64,000 nt of DNA from an uncultured bacterium (GCA_903831305.1 CAIKXE010000004.1:9026-73025); one strand, 5' to 3'. Counted from the first letter of the stretch, positions 1 through 10,348 are shown. Translations and numbers: made by a program. Notes: a model not told the origin generated them from the sequence alone.

Positions 1-475
1 CATACAAATCTACCTTTTCTCCGGTGGCGAAGCCAGAGGCAATCTCATCACAGCGCTCATTCCCGGCCACCCCCACGTGACCACCGACATAGTTCCACTT
101 AATCTTTCTATCTTTGATTAGTTCCGCCAGTTTTTCCCAGATATCTTTATTTAAAACTTCTTTTTTTTCTTTTGTTTTCCACCCATTTTTCTGCCAACCA
201 TAAATCCAGCCGGTAACACCGTTGATTAAATATTTAGAATCAGTATAGACTTCAACCTCCCTCAGTCCCCCCTCATCTGATAGGGGAAGGTGAGAAAGAG
301 CTTCCACGGCCCCGGTTAGCTCCATTCGATTATTAGTAGTCTTTTTTTCTCCACCGCCAAGCTCGATAACTTTTCCTTCCGGTAAAACTACCACGGCTCC
401 ATATCCCCCCGGTCCCGGATTCCCTTTTGACGCCCCATCTGTGAAAATTATTATTTTATTTTCCTTGTTTTGCAT
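1..475 (-). CDS. rnhA: Ribonuclease HI, partial (C-terminus lies beyond the window start)
   Basis: Reverse-strand translation from ATG (cat at about 473-475) gives MQNKENKIIIFTDGASKGNPGPGGYGAVVVLPEG...TTNNRMELTGAVEAL, typical of the RNase H fold. The ORF is open to position 1. Confidence 0.75.
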   Translation of the reverse strand, partial: MQNKENKIIIFTDGASKGNPGPGGYGAVVVLPEGKVIELGGGEKKTTNNRMELTGAVEALSHLPLSDEGGLREVEVYTDSKYLINGVTGWIYGWQKNGWKTKEKKEVLNKDIWEKLAELIKDRKIKWNYVGGHVGVAGNERCDEIASGFATGEKVDLY

Positions 476-482
476 AAAAAGA

Positions 483-2300
483 TTATAGCACAATTTCTAC
501 ATCCACAATTCTAAGCCGGAGTTCGGCAAAACCACGGAAGGTGGATTTTTCAAAGTTGGCCAGAAGGTTTATTCTATTGCCCACTTTTAGGGCGGGTCCA
601 TAATCAGTGTCCTTGGTAAAAAAACCAATTGCTTTGACGTCCCGCCCGCGGGAATTTTTAAATAACAACTCCAGATGATTTGCCTCCTTACCAAACATTT
701 TAACGCCTTCAATCATTACCTTTTCAAATAAGAATAAAGGTTTAGGATTCCCTACTCCGTAGGGGGCCAATTTTTCAATCAACCGATAATTTTCATTTGT
801 CACCTCATCAAAACTAATCTTGGCATCAGCAGTTATTTCTTCAGTCTCGATTTTACTTTTTATAATTACTTTTTCATAAGCTAACTGTAGTTTTTCTTCC
901 AACAAATGAACTTTTTCCTGCACCACGGAAAAACCACCAGACATATTATGCCCACCAAATTCTTCAAATATCCCCGCTTCCACTTCCATCATCAAATCAA
1001 TCACACTGGTACAACCATCACCCCGGCAAGAACCTTTTAAAATATTTCCACCATCCCGGCCCCAGAGAAATACTGGCCGAGCATGATCATCCACTAAAGA
1101 GTTAGCCACCAGCCCCAAAAGAGATGGCTTCCACTCTGGATTGCCGATAACTACAACTTTTTTTTCGGTCGTACCGTCAGAATATCTCTCCCGCATTATC
1201 TTCCGGACTTCTTTGACTATTCCCGCCACTACCCCTTTTCTTTCATTATTAATATGATCCAAGTGGCGAGCTAAAATATCCGCTTCTTCATCTGTCTTGG
1301 CCACAAATAATCTAAAAGCATCCTCTGGGTCACCCATCCGCGAAGCGGCGTTAATTCGTGGTGAAATAGAAAAACCGATATCATCCTCGGTAATATTTTT
1401 TTGCTCAATTTTTAACAAAGACAAGAGTTTCATTAGTCCCACCCGCGGAGATTTACGCAAAACCTTTAAACCATAAAATGCCAAAGCTCGGTTCTCCCCA
1501 ACGAGCGGAACCATATCAGATAAAGTAGCAATCCCCACCATGTCTAAAAACCATTTTTCGTGACCGCTTTTAATTGCTGACAAAATACCCAGAATACCCT
1601 CGGAATGATTAGCCCGCCTGCCGACTTCTAATGGCGGGCAGGTCTGCGTTAAATGGAGAGGGTGTTGTGGGGATTTTGTCAGCAACATGGCTTGAACTAA
1701 TTTGAAGGCCACACCGGCCCCACATAAATCTTTAAATGGATATTTACTATCTGTCCGCTTGGCGTCAATGACAGCGATGGCATCCGGCAAAACCTTACCT
1801 GGTTCATGGTGATCTGTAATAATCACATCAATTCCGTGCTCCTTTGCCCGAGCCACCTCGGCCACATCCGCAATGCCACAATCTACGGTAATAATCAAAC
1901 CTACTTTATCTACTTTAAACTTCTCTATCGCCTCATGATTTAAACCAAATCCCTCCAAGTGCCGATGTGGAATATAATTGGCAAAATCCGCATAACCAAT
2001 TTTTTCAAAAAAATCATGGAGGATTACTCCCCCGGGAATACCATCCGCATCATAATCACTGAAAATAACTATTTTTTCTTTTTTTTCGATTGCCAGCAAA
2101 ATCCGCTCCACGGCAACAGCCATATCAGGTAAAAGAAATGGATCATTTAAATCTCGTTCATAATCCGGCTCTAAAAACTCTTCGGTTTCCTCCTTAGTTT
2201 TGATTCCCCGGTTCCACAGTAAAATTTTTAGCAATTCTGGATACCCGGCTAGTTGTTCTAACCTTTTTTCATCTCTAATTTTTGACTTAAACTCTGACAT
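483..2300 (-). CDS. recJ: Single-stranded-DNA-specific exonuclease RecJ (DHH/DHHA1)
   Basis: 605 aa. DHH motif region IVIFSDYDADGIPGG...VDCGIADV...ITDHHEP. Domain order and size match RecJ. Confidence 0.85.
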   Translation of the reverse strand: MSEFKSKIRDEKRLEQLAGYPELLKILLWNRGIKTKEETEEFLEPDYERDLNDPFLLPDMAVAVERILLAIEKKEKIVIFSDYDADGIPGGVILHDFFEKIGYADFANYIPHRHLEGFGLNHEAIEKFKVDKVGLIITVDCGIADVAEVARAKEHGIDVIITDHHEPGKVLPDAIAVIDAKRTDSKYPFKDLCGAGVAFKLVQAMLLTKSPQHPLHLTQTCPPLEVGRRANHSEGILGILSAIKSGHEKWFLDMVGIATLSDMVPLVGENRALAFYGLKVLRKSPRVGLMKLLSLLKIEQKNITEDDIGFSISPRINAASRMGDPEDAFRLFVAKTDEEADILARHLDHINNERKGVVAGIVKEVRKIMRERYSDGTTEKKVVVIGNPEWKPSLLGLVANSLVDDHARPVFLWGRDGGNILKGSCRGDGCTSVIDLMMEVEAGIFEEFGGHNMSGGFSVVQEKVHLLEEKLQLAYEKVIIKSKIETEEITADAKISFDEVTNENYRLIEKLAPYGVGNPKPLFLFEKVMIEGVKMFGKEANHLELLFKNSRGRDVKAIGFFTKDTDYGPALKVGNRINLLANFEKSTFRGFAELRLRIVDVEIVL

Positions 2301-2367
2301 TAGGTGATTATAGCAAAAATTTCATCTAATGACTTAAAAACATAAGAAATAGATACCCAAAATTCTA

Positions 2368-4107
2368 CTAGGGTGTACAAGCATCACCGGTTACACAACT
2401 CGTCGTGTAAATACACTGCTTGGGACTAGGAGTAGAGATATATGAGAACATACAACCAGGAGGGGGGCCTGCGAATGTCTCACATGTAGAAGGAGGAGTT
2501 AGCGGTGAACCAGAACAAGTTGGCAAAACAGGTGCTGGTTCGTTGCAAATTATGCCTGAAGGAGCACAGGTAAAGTTTGTGGGGTTATAAACACACTGCA
2601 TTGGATTAGTGATTGACTCCCAGCTATTATTACAAGCGGCCGGACCAGCAAGTATCGTCGAGCAACCGCTTAAAGTCTCTGAGCCATAGCAGGCTATCGG
2701 ATCAGCAACCACCGTAAAGGGAAGTGTAGTCTCTACATCCCCTTCGGAACAGATGCCATCAATAGGACGAGAACAATAAAAACTAAATATTGTGCTATAT
2801 GATCCGGAAGTCGGTGGAGCAGTCAAACCAACATTCCACTTTTCAGTAGAAGAATCGTAAGTGGCATTTTGGCTTCCTGCTTGATCGTATGACCAATACT
2901 GGACACCAAAACCCCTATCTGGAGCACCAACCAGACCGTCTGAAGCTATTGTGCTGATAACATAAGTCATTGCTTCACCAGGAGAGTATGAAGCTTTATG
3001 ACCACTGATAGTCATAGAGTCTGCGGTTAGGTCCGGTCCGGCGGGTGGCTGATCAGCCGTCCACCTGGCATACAAAGTAATATTGACAGAACCCATCACC
3101 GAAGTAGAACCTGGCGTTTGATCCATACCCGTACCGTCGGCAAGCCAATTCCAACTAGCAAAGGTATAACCAGTTTTAACAAGAGAACCAGTGTTGCCTA
3201 AAATTGTAAATAAATCCCCGTTAGCATAATTATTTGAATCAACCGGCACTGAACCACCAGTATTACCGTTACCGCTATAAGTAACACTGTATGTAACAGC
3301 TCCCGGAAGCTCGCCCGCGGTAGGCAAACAATCATCATATGTCACCGTCGCTGTACCAGATTGTGGTATAAAACCAGTGTATTGTCCAGCTGGACCAGTA
3401 TTACTAAAAAATGGTGCATCACTTGGGGAACCGGGCGTAGTACCGATCAACCAGAGAGAATTAGCACTATTATAATAAACACTGTAAGTGCCAGTGTCTC
3501 TAGAGTAAACCGGCTGACCATTAGTACTTCCGTTCTCATAATAATTTCCTGCCACTGAGACATTACCACCGGTGACAACATAACCAGGAACACCAGAAGA
3601 ACAGGCCACTCCCCCCGTACCAACTTCGTCAGCCACACCACAATCAGCCGCACCCGGGGCACTATTCTTGGCCTGTGACTTGCCCGTACTATCTACACAC
3701 CACCCACCACCAGTGACTAGGGCATGCCACATAGAGTAAGCATTGATTTCCCCGCCAGCGGTAGCATCAGAATAACAAATAGGAACAACAGACAAACCAT
3801 CAATCGCCGGCCAAGCCCAAGGGGTCATCAAGTCCCCAAAAGCAGAGTTACTCACCAGTCCCTCACAACCATTATCACTCGTAGCTATACCATAACCACT
3901 ATTACCAAAAGCCAAACCAGAAGCGACTCTGATACTTGATAACTGACTTTTGATAAGTGTATCCCTAGATTTATTCCTAGCCGAATTTATAGAAATAATA
4001 ACCACCGAGGCTAAAATAGAAATAATTGATATAACGACTAAAAGCTCTATAATAGTAAACCCTCTCACCAACTTTTTTTTTAACTTATTAGTCACCCTTT
4101 TAATCAT
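2368..4107 (-). CDS. Type IV pilin-like protein (prepilin N-terminal methylation domain) fused to a large Cys-rich, B-repeat-containing C-terminal domain
   Basis: N-terminus KKKLVRGFTIIELLVVISIISILASVV matches the prepilin cleavage/methylation motif G|FT(L/I)IE. It contains a YSVTYSGNGNTGGSVPVDSNNYANGDLFTILGN...GYTFASWN B-repeat-like unit and a C-terminus with many Cys. It is paralogous to 4189..5199 over the first 150 aa or so. Confidence 0.7.
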   Translation of the reverse strand: MIKRVTNKLKKKLVRGFTIIELLVVISIISILASVVIISINSARNKSRDTLIKSQLSSIRVASGLAFGNSGYGIATSDNGCEGLVSNSAFGDLMTPWAWPAIDGLSVVPICYSDATAGGEINAYSMWHALVTGGGWCVDSTGKSQAKNSAPGAADCGVADEVGTGGVACSSGVPGYVVTGGNVSVAGNYYENGSTNGQPVYSRDTGTYSVYYNSANSLWLIGTTPGSPSDAPFFSNTGPAGQYTGFIPQSGTATVTYDDCLPTAGELPGAVTYSVTYSGNGNTGGSVPVDSNNYANGDLFTILGNTGSLVKTGYTFASWNWLADGTGMDQTPGSTSVMGSVNITLYARWTADQPPAGPDLTADSMTISGHKASYSPGEAMTYVISTIASDGLVGAPDRGFGVQYWSYDQAGSQNATYDSSTEKWNVGLTAPPTSGSYSTIFSFYCSRPIDGICSEGDVETTLPFTVVADPIACYGSETLSGCSTILAGPAACNNSWESITNPMQCVYNPTNFTCAPSGIICNEPAPVLPTCSGSPLTPPSTCETFAGPPPGCMFSYISTPSPKQCIYTTSCVTGDACTP

Positions 4108-4188
4108 AGAGATAATAATAACATAAAATATGCTTTTGCACTTTAAATTGGAGAGCTTCCAGCATAGAAAATATAAAAAGTAAGCCTG

Positions 4189-5199
4189 TTATGGGGCTAA
4201 ACAAATAACACCAGCTACACAACCATTAATAGTCCACTCACACCGTTTAGGGGTCGTTAGATTTTGCCAAGAATTATTACAAGCAATAGGAGGGGCCATA
4301 CCCAACGAAGCACAAGTATTGTTATTGGCAATCCTTGTGGGAGGGCAAGCTGATGCAGGTATCGATGGCTCTACCACCATAAAAGAAAGTGTAGTCTCTA
4401 CCTGTGCAGTAGAACAGATACCATCATTAGGACGAGAACAATAAAACTTAAAGGTTAAACTATGCGGACCCGTACCACTCGGAGCAGTCAGACTAGCCGT
4501 CCATAATTTAGTTAAAGAATCATAGCTACCTATACTATAATTTGTTCCGCCATCAAATGAGTATTGGATACCAAAACCTCTATCAGGACCAGTAGACCCG
4601 CCGTCAGAGGCTGTTGCACTAATAGTGTAATTCATTGACCCTCCAGGAATGTATGAGGAAACACCACCACTAACACTAATAGAACCAGCTGTTAAGGAAG
4701 TAATTACGGCCGGTGGTAGCCCATCTACGTCTCCACAGTCAACAGAGTTTGGCGCACTATCTCTAGCTTGTGACTTACCCGTACTATCCACACACCACCC
4801 ACCACCAGTCACTAGGGCATGCCACATAGAATAAGCCGTGATTTCTTTATTTGCCAAGGCATTGGAATAACAGGTAGGAACAACAGATAAACCATCAGTC
4901 GCCGGCCAAGCAGAAGGAGTCATTAAACCCTTAAGGGCAGAATTATTAACCATACCCTCACAACCATTATTAGTATTAGCTAGACCATAACCACCATTAC
5001 TGCTAAAAGCCAGACCAGTGGCCGCCCTAATACTTGATAACTGACTTTTAATAACAGTATCTTTAGATTTATTCCGCGCGGAATTTATAAAAACTAAAAC
5101 AATAGAAGTTAAAAAGGCGATGATGGAGATAACAACCAAAAGTTCTATGATAGTAAACCCTCGGTTCTTACTCTGTGAGTATGTAAAATCTTTTTTCAT
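4189..5199 (-). CDS. Type IV pilin-like protein, paralog of 2368..4107
   Basis: N-terminus NRGFTIIELLVVISIIAFL carries the prepilin motif. The block SARNKSKDT(V/L)IKSQLSSIR...GCEG(M/L)V.NSA...MWHALVTGGGWCVDSTGKSQA is shared with the upstream paralog. The C-terminus is Cys-rich. Confidence 0.7.
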   Translation of the reverse strand: MKKDFTYSQSKNRGFTIIELLVVISIIAFLTSIVLVFINSARNKSKDTVIKSQLSSIRAATGLAFSSNGGYGLANTNNGCEGMVNNSALKGLMTPSAWPATDGLSVVPTCYSNALANKEITAYSMWHALVTGGGWCVDSTGKSQARDSAPNSVDCGDVDGLPPAVITSLTAGSISVSGGVSSYIPGGSMNYTISATASDGGSTGPDRGFGIQYSFDGGTNYSIGSYDSLTKLWTASLTAPSGTGPHSLTFKFYCSRPNDGICSTAQVETTLSFMVVEPSIPASACPPTRIANNNTCASLGMAPPIACNNSWQNLTTPKRCEWTINGCVAGVICLAP

Positions 5200-5237
5200 A
5201 GTAATAACTATAACATAAAATATGCTATAATATTAGT

Positions 5238-5567
5238 ATGAAAGATGAAAATTGTATATTTTGTAAAATAGTAGCTAAGGAGGTGCCAGCGGAAATCCTC
5301 TTTGAAAATAAAAATTTAATAATTCTTCAGGATATAAAGCCCTCGGCCCCTTTTCATCACCTGATAATCCCCAAAGAGCATATCCAGTCCGTAGCTCACT
5401 TAGAAGAAAATGACCGGGAGATTATTGCGGATTTATTTTTTGCTGCCCGTGATGATGCTAAAAAAGCCGACCTCAAGGGCTACAAAACCATATTTAATGT
5501 CGGCCGAGAGGGCGGACAAATCATTGACCACTTGCACCTCCACCTCATGGGTGGGTGGGCTAAATAA
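5238..5567 (+). CDS. HIT-family (histidine triad) nucleotide hydrolase
   Basis: 109 aa. C-terminal histidine triad HLHLHLMGG. TATAAT lies about 7 nt upstream of the ATG, so the transcript may be leaderless. Confidence 0.85.
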   Translation: MKDENCIFCKIVAKEVPAEILFENKNLIILQDIKPSAPFHHLIIPKEHIQSVAHLEENDREIIADLFFAARDDAKKADLKGYKTIFNVGREGGQIIDHLHLHLMGGWAK

Positions 5568-6600
5568 TACTCTCAATCTGAAACTTTTTATTTAAATTCA
5601 CTTTTTTAAGGATCACTTTTTCTATTCTTTTACTACCCGGATTTATTTCTACCTCTAAGAGCCCGCCTTGCATCGTCTCGGGAGAAAAATACTGATCAAA
5701 GATAAAGTTACCCAGACTATATATAATGTAGACATTTTTATATTGCTCTAACGTCTGTACCACATGCGGATGGTGACCGATAATCAGATCCGCCCCGGCG
5801 TCTATAGCCAGCTTTGCATATTTCTGTTGAAAATCATTCGGCAATTTTTCATACTCCTCACCAAAGTGATATGAAACTACTACTAAATCAGCCTCTGCTC
5901 TAGCCTTACTAACACTCTCCGCTATTTCTTTTTCTAATACCATAGCCATACCCGGACGAGTGGAAGTACTGTTTACTCCCCCATCTCTAAACTGACTAAA
6001 GGTCAGAAAAGCTACCTTTACCCCCTCAACGTTAATAACCTTTCCAGCATAAGCCTCTGAACCTGAAAACCCCCCGCCCACATAGGTAATACCATTTTCT
6101 GCTAGCCTACTTAGGGTATCGGTAAAGGCTTCCCCTCCCCAATTAAAAGTATGATTGTTAGCCACCGAAAAGACAGTAAAGCCAACGGCCTTTAAGGCAG
6201 GCAAGACCTTGGGATCAAAACGAAAGGAATATAGGCCACCCTGATCCACCCCACGGTCTGAAATCGGCCCCTCTAGATTAGCAAACAACAAATCATAATT
6301 GCTCAGCTGATCAGCCACCTCGGAAAAAAGCCCGGCATAATCGCCGGCAAAATTTTTAGAGACCGAGCTTTTCACCCCGCGATCAAGCATCATATCCCCG
6401 ACAAAAGCCACCGTCAGGTGACCATCAATCCCCGCCTTAGTTAAGGCGGGGCGGTTGTATTCTGTTAAATCCGCCACAGTGGCGACCTTGGGAACCTTTA
6501 TTGGACTTATAAAATAAAAACAAAAAAGGTTAATTACAAAAAAAGTTAAAACAAAAACGCCCAGACCCCAGATAATTTGTTTTTTTAGATTAGTCCACAT
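5560..6600 (-). CDS. CapA-family metallophosphatase (poly-gamma-glutamate synthesis CapA-like)
   Basis: N-terminal TM segment, then a calcineurin-like phosphoesterase motif region (GDMMLDRG...NLEGP...ANNH...GHHPH) typical of MPP_CapA. Confidence 0.7.
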   Translation of the reverse strand: MWTNLKKQIIWGLGVFVLTFFVINLFCFYFISPIKVPKVATVADLTEYNRPALTKAGIDGHLTVAFVGDMMLDRGVKSSVSKNFAGDYAGLFSEVADQLSNYDLLFANLEGPISDRGVDQGGLYSFRFDPKVLPALKAVGFTVFSVANNHTFNWGGEAFTDTLSRLAENGITYVGGGFSGSEAYAGKVINVEGVKVAFLTFSQFRDGGVNSTSTRPGMAMVLEKEIAESVSKARAEADLVVVSYHFGEEYEKLPNDFQQKYAKLAIDAGADLIIGHHPHVVQTLEQYKNVYIIYSLGNFIFDQYFSPETMQGGLLEVEINPGSKRIEKVILKKVNLNKKFQIESII

Positions 6601-7357
6601 TCTTTAGCAATTCACCAAACTTTCTGGCGTTCAAACTCTCTCGGCCGACCAAAAGACCCTGAATCTGGCCGGAGATAATCATCTCGCGAGCATTATTGTG
6701 ATTCACCGAACCGCCATAAATAATAGGCACGGTAATAGCCACCTTTTGATCATAAATTTCAGTCAAAACTTTTTTTATAAATATTGATGTTTCATAAATA
6801 TCCCCCGGTTTCATCGCCTCCTCTTCACCCTTACCGATCGCCCAAAGAGGCTCATAAGCTATGATTATTTTAGTTAAAAATCTTTTGGGTAATTTGCCAA
6901 GGGAATTAATAATTTGCCCACGTAAAAAATGCAGATAATCCCCGTGCAGGTCTCTCTCTTTTTCCCCTATGCACAAAATTGTTTTCAAACCCACTTTGCT
7001 GGCCGAAGATACTTTCTTGGCCACTACTTCATCTGTCTCCCCTAATTCCCGTCTTTCAGAATGACCTAATATTACATAGCCTTCGCCTGATAACATTCCT
7101 CCACTTATTTCACCAGTATAAGATCCGCTCTTTTCCCAAAACATATCCTGCGCCCCCAAAATAACAGCCGAGGAAGCCAAACCAGAATTTACTTTCTCCA
7201 AGTCAGATAAATAAACATAAGGTGGACAAATCACTACCTGAGTATTCTTTAAAGCCTTAGTCTCCTTCTTTATATCTTTAAAAATAGTTAAAGCGGAGCT
7301 GACATTTTCCGGATTCATCTTCCAATTTCCCACCACCAATATCTTATTTTTCTTCAT
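6590..7357 (-). CDS. tpiA: Triosephosphate isomerase
   Basis: ILVVGNWKMN...GHSERR...IAYEPLWAIGKG...GGS are the diagnostic TIM motifs. The start is the internal Met (MKKNKILVVGNWKMN) rather than the first Met of the track ORF. Confidence 0.85.
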   Translation of the reverse strand: MKKNKILVVGNWKMNPENVSSALTIFKDIKKETKALKNTQVVICPPYVYLSDLEKVNSGLASSAVILGAQDMFWEKSGSYTGEISGGMLSGEGYVILGHSERRELGETDEVVAKKVSSASKVGLKTILCIGEKERDLHGDYLHFLRGQIINSLGKLPKRFLTKIIIAYEPLWAIGKGEEEAMKPGDIYETSIFIKKVLTEIYDQKVAITVPIIYGGSVNHNNAREMIISGQIQGLLVGRESLNARKFGELLKNVD

Positions 7358-7391
7358 CCTAAAATTATACCATAAAATAAAAATTATATGG

Positions 7392-10298
7392 CTAGTTACG
7401 AACACAGCGGACAGAAAAACCATAATCTTTATCATGAGTGCTATTACGCTCAATAGTGGGTAGGCCTGACTCTAATATACGTGACCAGGCCCTGTTATTA
7501 CCATTCGGAGTAGATGACCAGATATAGGCGGCCGAATCCAAAAAGTTAAATCGGCTCGTATTTGTTGAAGGATAACGGTAACCAGACAGAAGAGCCTTAA
7601 ACAGTCCTACCCCTGATTTTAAAGTAGTACCCTCATTTGTTCCGCGATCGCCGGTGGTAGTCGTATCATAAGGAAAATCCGTAGTGCAAGTCCCTGAAGT
7701 ACAAACCGTCCGTTCCAGAGTGGTAAACTCCTCATGAGTAGGGATATGCCAGCCGGCCGGGCAGAGACCTTGGGTCCCGGGTGTCGTTATGCCACACATC
7801 GCCTGAGTCCACTGATATAAACCACCGTCACTGGTACAGTTGCTTTCAGTGTTACTATAACAATATTTTCTGATTGTGGTGCAGGTATTATTTTGATTAC
7901 TAGTAGCTGAAATAATAGTTCCGACATTTATATTTTCCGCCATCCAGCATTGGAGACCAATCAAGTTTATAGCGTAAGATTTGCCGTCTCTCGTATCCAA
8001 GGTAGTTCCACTACAATTTTCTAGCCAAACAGCGTATAAGGTACTACTAGATACACCCATGCTATATGTCCCCGTATCAGGATAAGCGATACTTCCTATT
8101 GTACTGGTGGCCCAACCAGCAAAGAAATATCCATCTCTGGTAAAACTGTTAGCAGTCAAACTTGCTTCCTCCCCGGTTACTATTATTTGAGGGGTCATGA
8201 CTCCCGTACCACCATTAGCATTAAAAGAAACAGCCGGACCCAGAGCCACCCACTCGGCATATAGGGTCACATTAGAGGCACCAATAATGAAGGCTGAGGA
8301 AGTGGCACGGCTAGTACCAGTACCATCAAGTGAAGTATTCCAACCAGAAAAATAATAACCGGTCCGAGCCAGATCCTCAGTGTTATCAAGGACCGTCACA
8401 ATATCACCTACTTCATAAGCATTGTGATCTACCGGGACAAAACCTCGAGTGTTACTGTTACCACTATAAGTGACCGTATAAACACTGACTGGGGTATATT
8501 CACTGGGAGTAAAAGCGATTTCTCTTTGTTGCCATGAGCTATTAATATTTATAGTCTCGCTCACGGGCTGATAGTCAGCCTTGGCCAAAGACAAATTATA
8601 ATTACCAGACAAAAGACCAGTAAAGAAAACCTGGCCGGGTGGTACACAGTCCGAGGTAAAGGTAAACGACACATCTGAAACCGTGGGCGTTTTAGTCAGA
8701 TCCGCCGTTTGTAAAAATATTTTATAACGTAAATAGCGGTCTCCATCATGATTTGAGTTTATCTCTTGACTGGTCACCGTATAAAAAGTGTCAGCCGTAC
8801 CATCTGGTCCCTTAAAATTCCAAACTTCACCACCACTATTGGTCGCCACTTGAAGCCGAATACTATCCAATCCCGTCTCCGCTGGCTGATCCTCTGGCTG
8901 CCACGAAATTTTATGAAAATTACTAGCTGACCCCGTATCAAAAGTAGAGGAGATAAGCCAAGTAGAAGTGGCATATTCACCCAAGGTGCTTTTTAGTTTA
9001 ATGGTTCCACCAAAACTAGAAATATCCGCATTACCGTCGGAGTCAAAATATTTGGCCGGATCAGAAAAATGGTCTTGACCAGCTCCACCAGCCCAATCCG
9101 TCTGACGTAAAAAGCCTCGGCCAGTAATGTAGGTCGTATCATACTCTGCCCCGGTCAGATTTACCGCTACCTCAGAAAGAGGCAGCCCCGTGGAAACATC
9201 TTTAACCGTGATAAGCAAGCTCTGCGGACTCTTAGGGCTAAGAATCAGCTTGACGGTCTGGATAGTATCAGGGCTCAAGGTAAAAGTATTGGCCGGAATA
9301 ACCCCAGCCAGATCATAAGTATCATCTGTCGTGGTTAGCTTGTAGGTATCCCAATCTAGGCCGGTGATACTTTCCTCCCCAGCACTATCAGTCGTAAATA
9401 AATCATCAAATTTGTAAATGTCCACTCCAATCAGTTTTTCACCGTGCAAAGAAAAATCAAAATTTGGCACAACCAAACAAGTATCACTGACGCTTGATAT
9501 CTGGAGAGTACTGGCTTTATCTATAAAAAAACTAATTTGGGTCAATTGTTGGAGACTGACCGTGGCATGGGTTTTGACCGGGTTTGGGTTAGCTGGCTCG
9601 CCGACGGGATATGTCCGCTCGGTAGTATAACCATCTTTAGAAACCGTTATCTCATAGACCTGTACCCCGGGTGGGGCATCCACAATCTGTAGCAAACCAT
9701 CATTATTAGTCACATCATCAATGACAAAGCTTGGCACAACACTATTATTTTCCACGTGGACGGAAGCACCCGGTAAGGGCACGCCATTGGCATCAAAAAC
9801 CTTGATAAACAAGGCGCCGTTAGTGGAAGCACTTTCCAGATTTTTAGGACCAATATAAGTAGTCACATTTATCGGAGGGAAATTACGGCATAAAGCACAG
9901 GTTATCTCTAATTCGGCTAATTTATAATCCGCTGGTGAGGTATCATTGACCATTCCACCGAGCTCCCCGTCAAAGGGGTCATCAATGTTTCTGATAGTTG
10001 TTATAACGACAAATTCCTTACCGTCACGAATCAAAGTCTGAGTATAAGGGATCTTGCCGGGGGGCAGGCCTCCAGCGATACCGACATCAGCATAAGGCAG
10101 ATTCCGCATTATTTCAAACTGTTCATTGGCCAAAGCAGTAGCGGTCACTTTTATACGCGAAACCCGTATTACGTCCATTGCTAATTTGTAACCCTGATAA
10201 ACAGAGAGCGCCAAAATAACAAAAATAGCACTACCAACTAAGACCTCTACCAAAGTCATCCCTTTATTTTTTACTCTAAAAAAATTTAACTTGAACAT
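7392..10298 (-). CDS. Pseudopilin/pilin N-terminal domain protein with B-repeat and a C-terminal Fibrobacter-succinogenes-major-paralogous (FISUMP) domain; putative pilus-displayed adhesin
   Basis: 968 aa. N-terminus KNKGMTLVEVLVGSAIFVILALSV is a prepilin-type leader. YSGNSNTRGFVPVDHNAYEVGDIVTVLDNTEDLARTGYYFSGWN is a Listeria-Bacteroides repeat. The C-terminus CWMAENINVG...DGGLYQW...CPAGWHIPTHEEFTTL...YRY...YIWSST matches the FISUMP consensus. Confidence 0.65.
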   Translation of the reverse strand: MFKLNFFRVKNKGMTLVEVLVGSAIFVILALSVYQGYKLAMDVIRVSRIKVTATALANEQFEIMRNLPYADVGIAGGLPPGKIPYTQTLIRDGKEFVVITTIRNIDDPFDGELGGMVNDTSPADYKLAELEITCALCRNFPPINVTTYIGPKNLESASTNGALFIKVFDANGVPLPGASVHVENNSVVPSFVIDDVTNNDGLLQIVDAPPGVQVYEITVSKDGYTTERTYPVGEPANPNPVKTHATVSLQQLTQISFFIDKASTLQISSVSDTCLVVPNFDFSLHGEKLIGVDIYKFDDLFTTDSAGEESITGLDWDTYKLTTTDDTYDLAGVIPANTFTLSPDTIQTVKLILSPKSPQSLLITVKDVSTGLPLSEVAVNLTGAEYDTTYITGRGFLRQTDWAGGAGQDHFSDPAKYFDSDGNADISSFGGTIKLKSTLGEYATSTWLISSTFDTGSASNFHKISWQPEDQPAETGLDSIRLQVATNSGGEVWNFKGPDGTADTFYTVTSQEINSNHDGDRYLRYKIFLQTADLTKTPTVSDVSFTFTSDCVPPGQVFFTGLLSGNYNLSLAKADYQPVSETININSSWQQREIAFTPSEYTPVSVYTVTYSGNSNTRGFVPVDHNAYEVGDIVTVLDNTEDLARTGYYFSGWNTSLDGTGTSRATSSAFIIGASNVTLYAEWVALGPAVSFNANGGTGVMTPQIIVTGEEASLTANSFTRDGYFFAGWATSTIGSIAYPDTGTYSMGVSSSTLYAVWLENCSGTTLDTRDGKSYAINLIGLQCWMAENINVGTIISATSNQNNTCTTIRKYCYSNTESNCTSDGGLYQWTQAMCGITTPGTQGLCPAGWHIPTHEEFTTLERTVCTSGTCTTDFPYDTTTTGDRGTNEGTTLKSGVGLFKALLSGYRYPSTNTSRFNFLDSAAYIWSSTPNGNNRAWSRILESGLPTIERNSTHDKDYGFSVRCVRN

Positions 10299-10348
10299 TT
10301 TATTTTCTCTCTATATATTTTAGCATATTTAATGCTATAATTCTCCCT

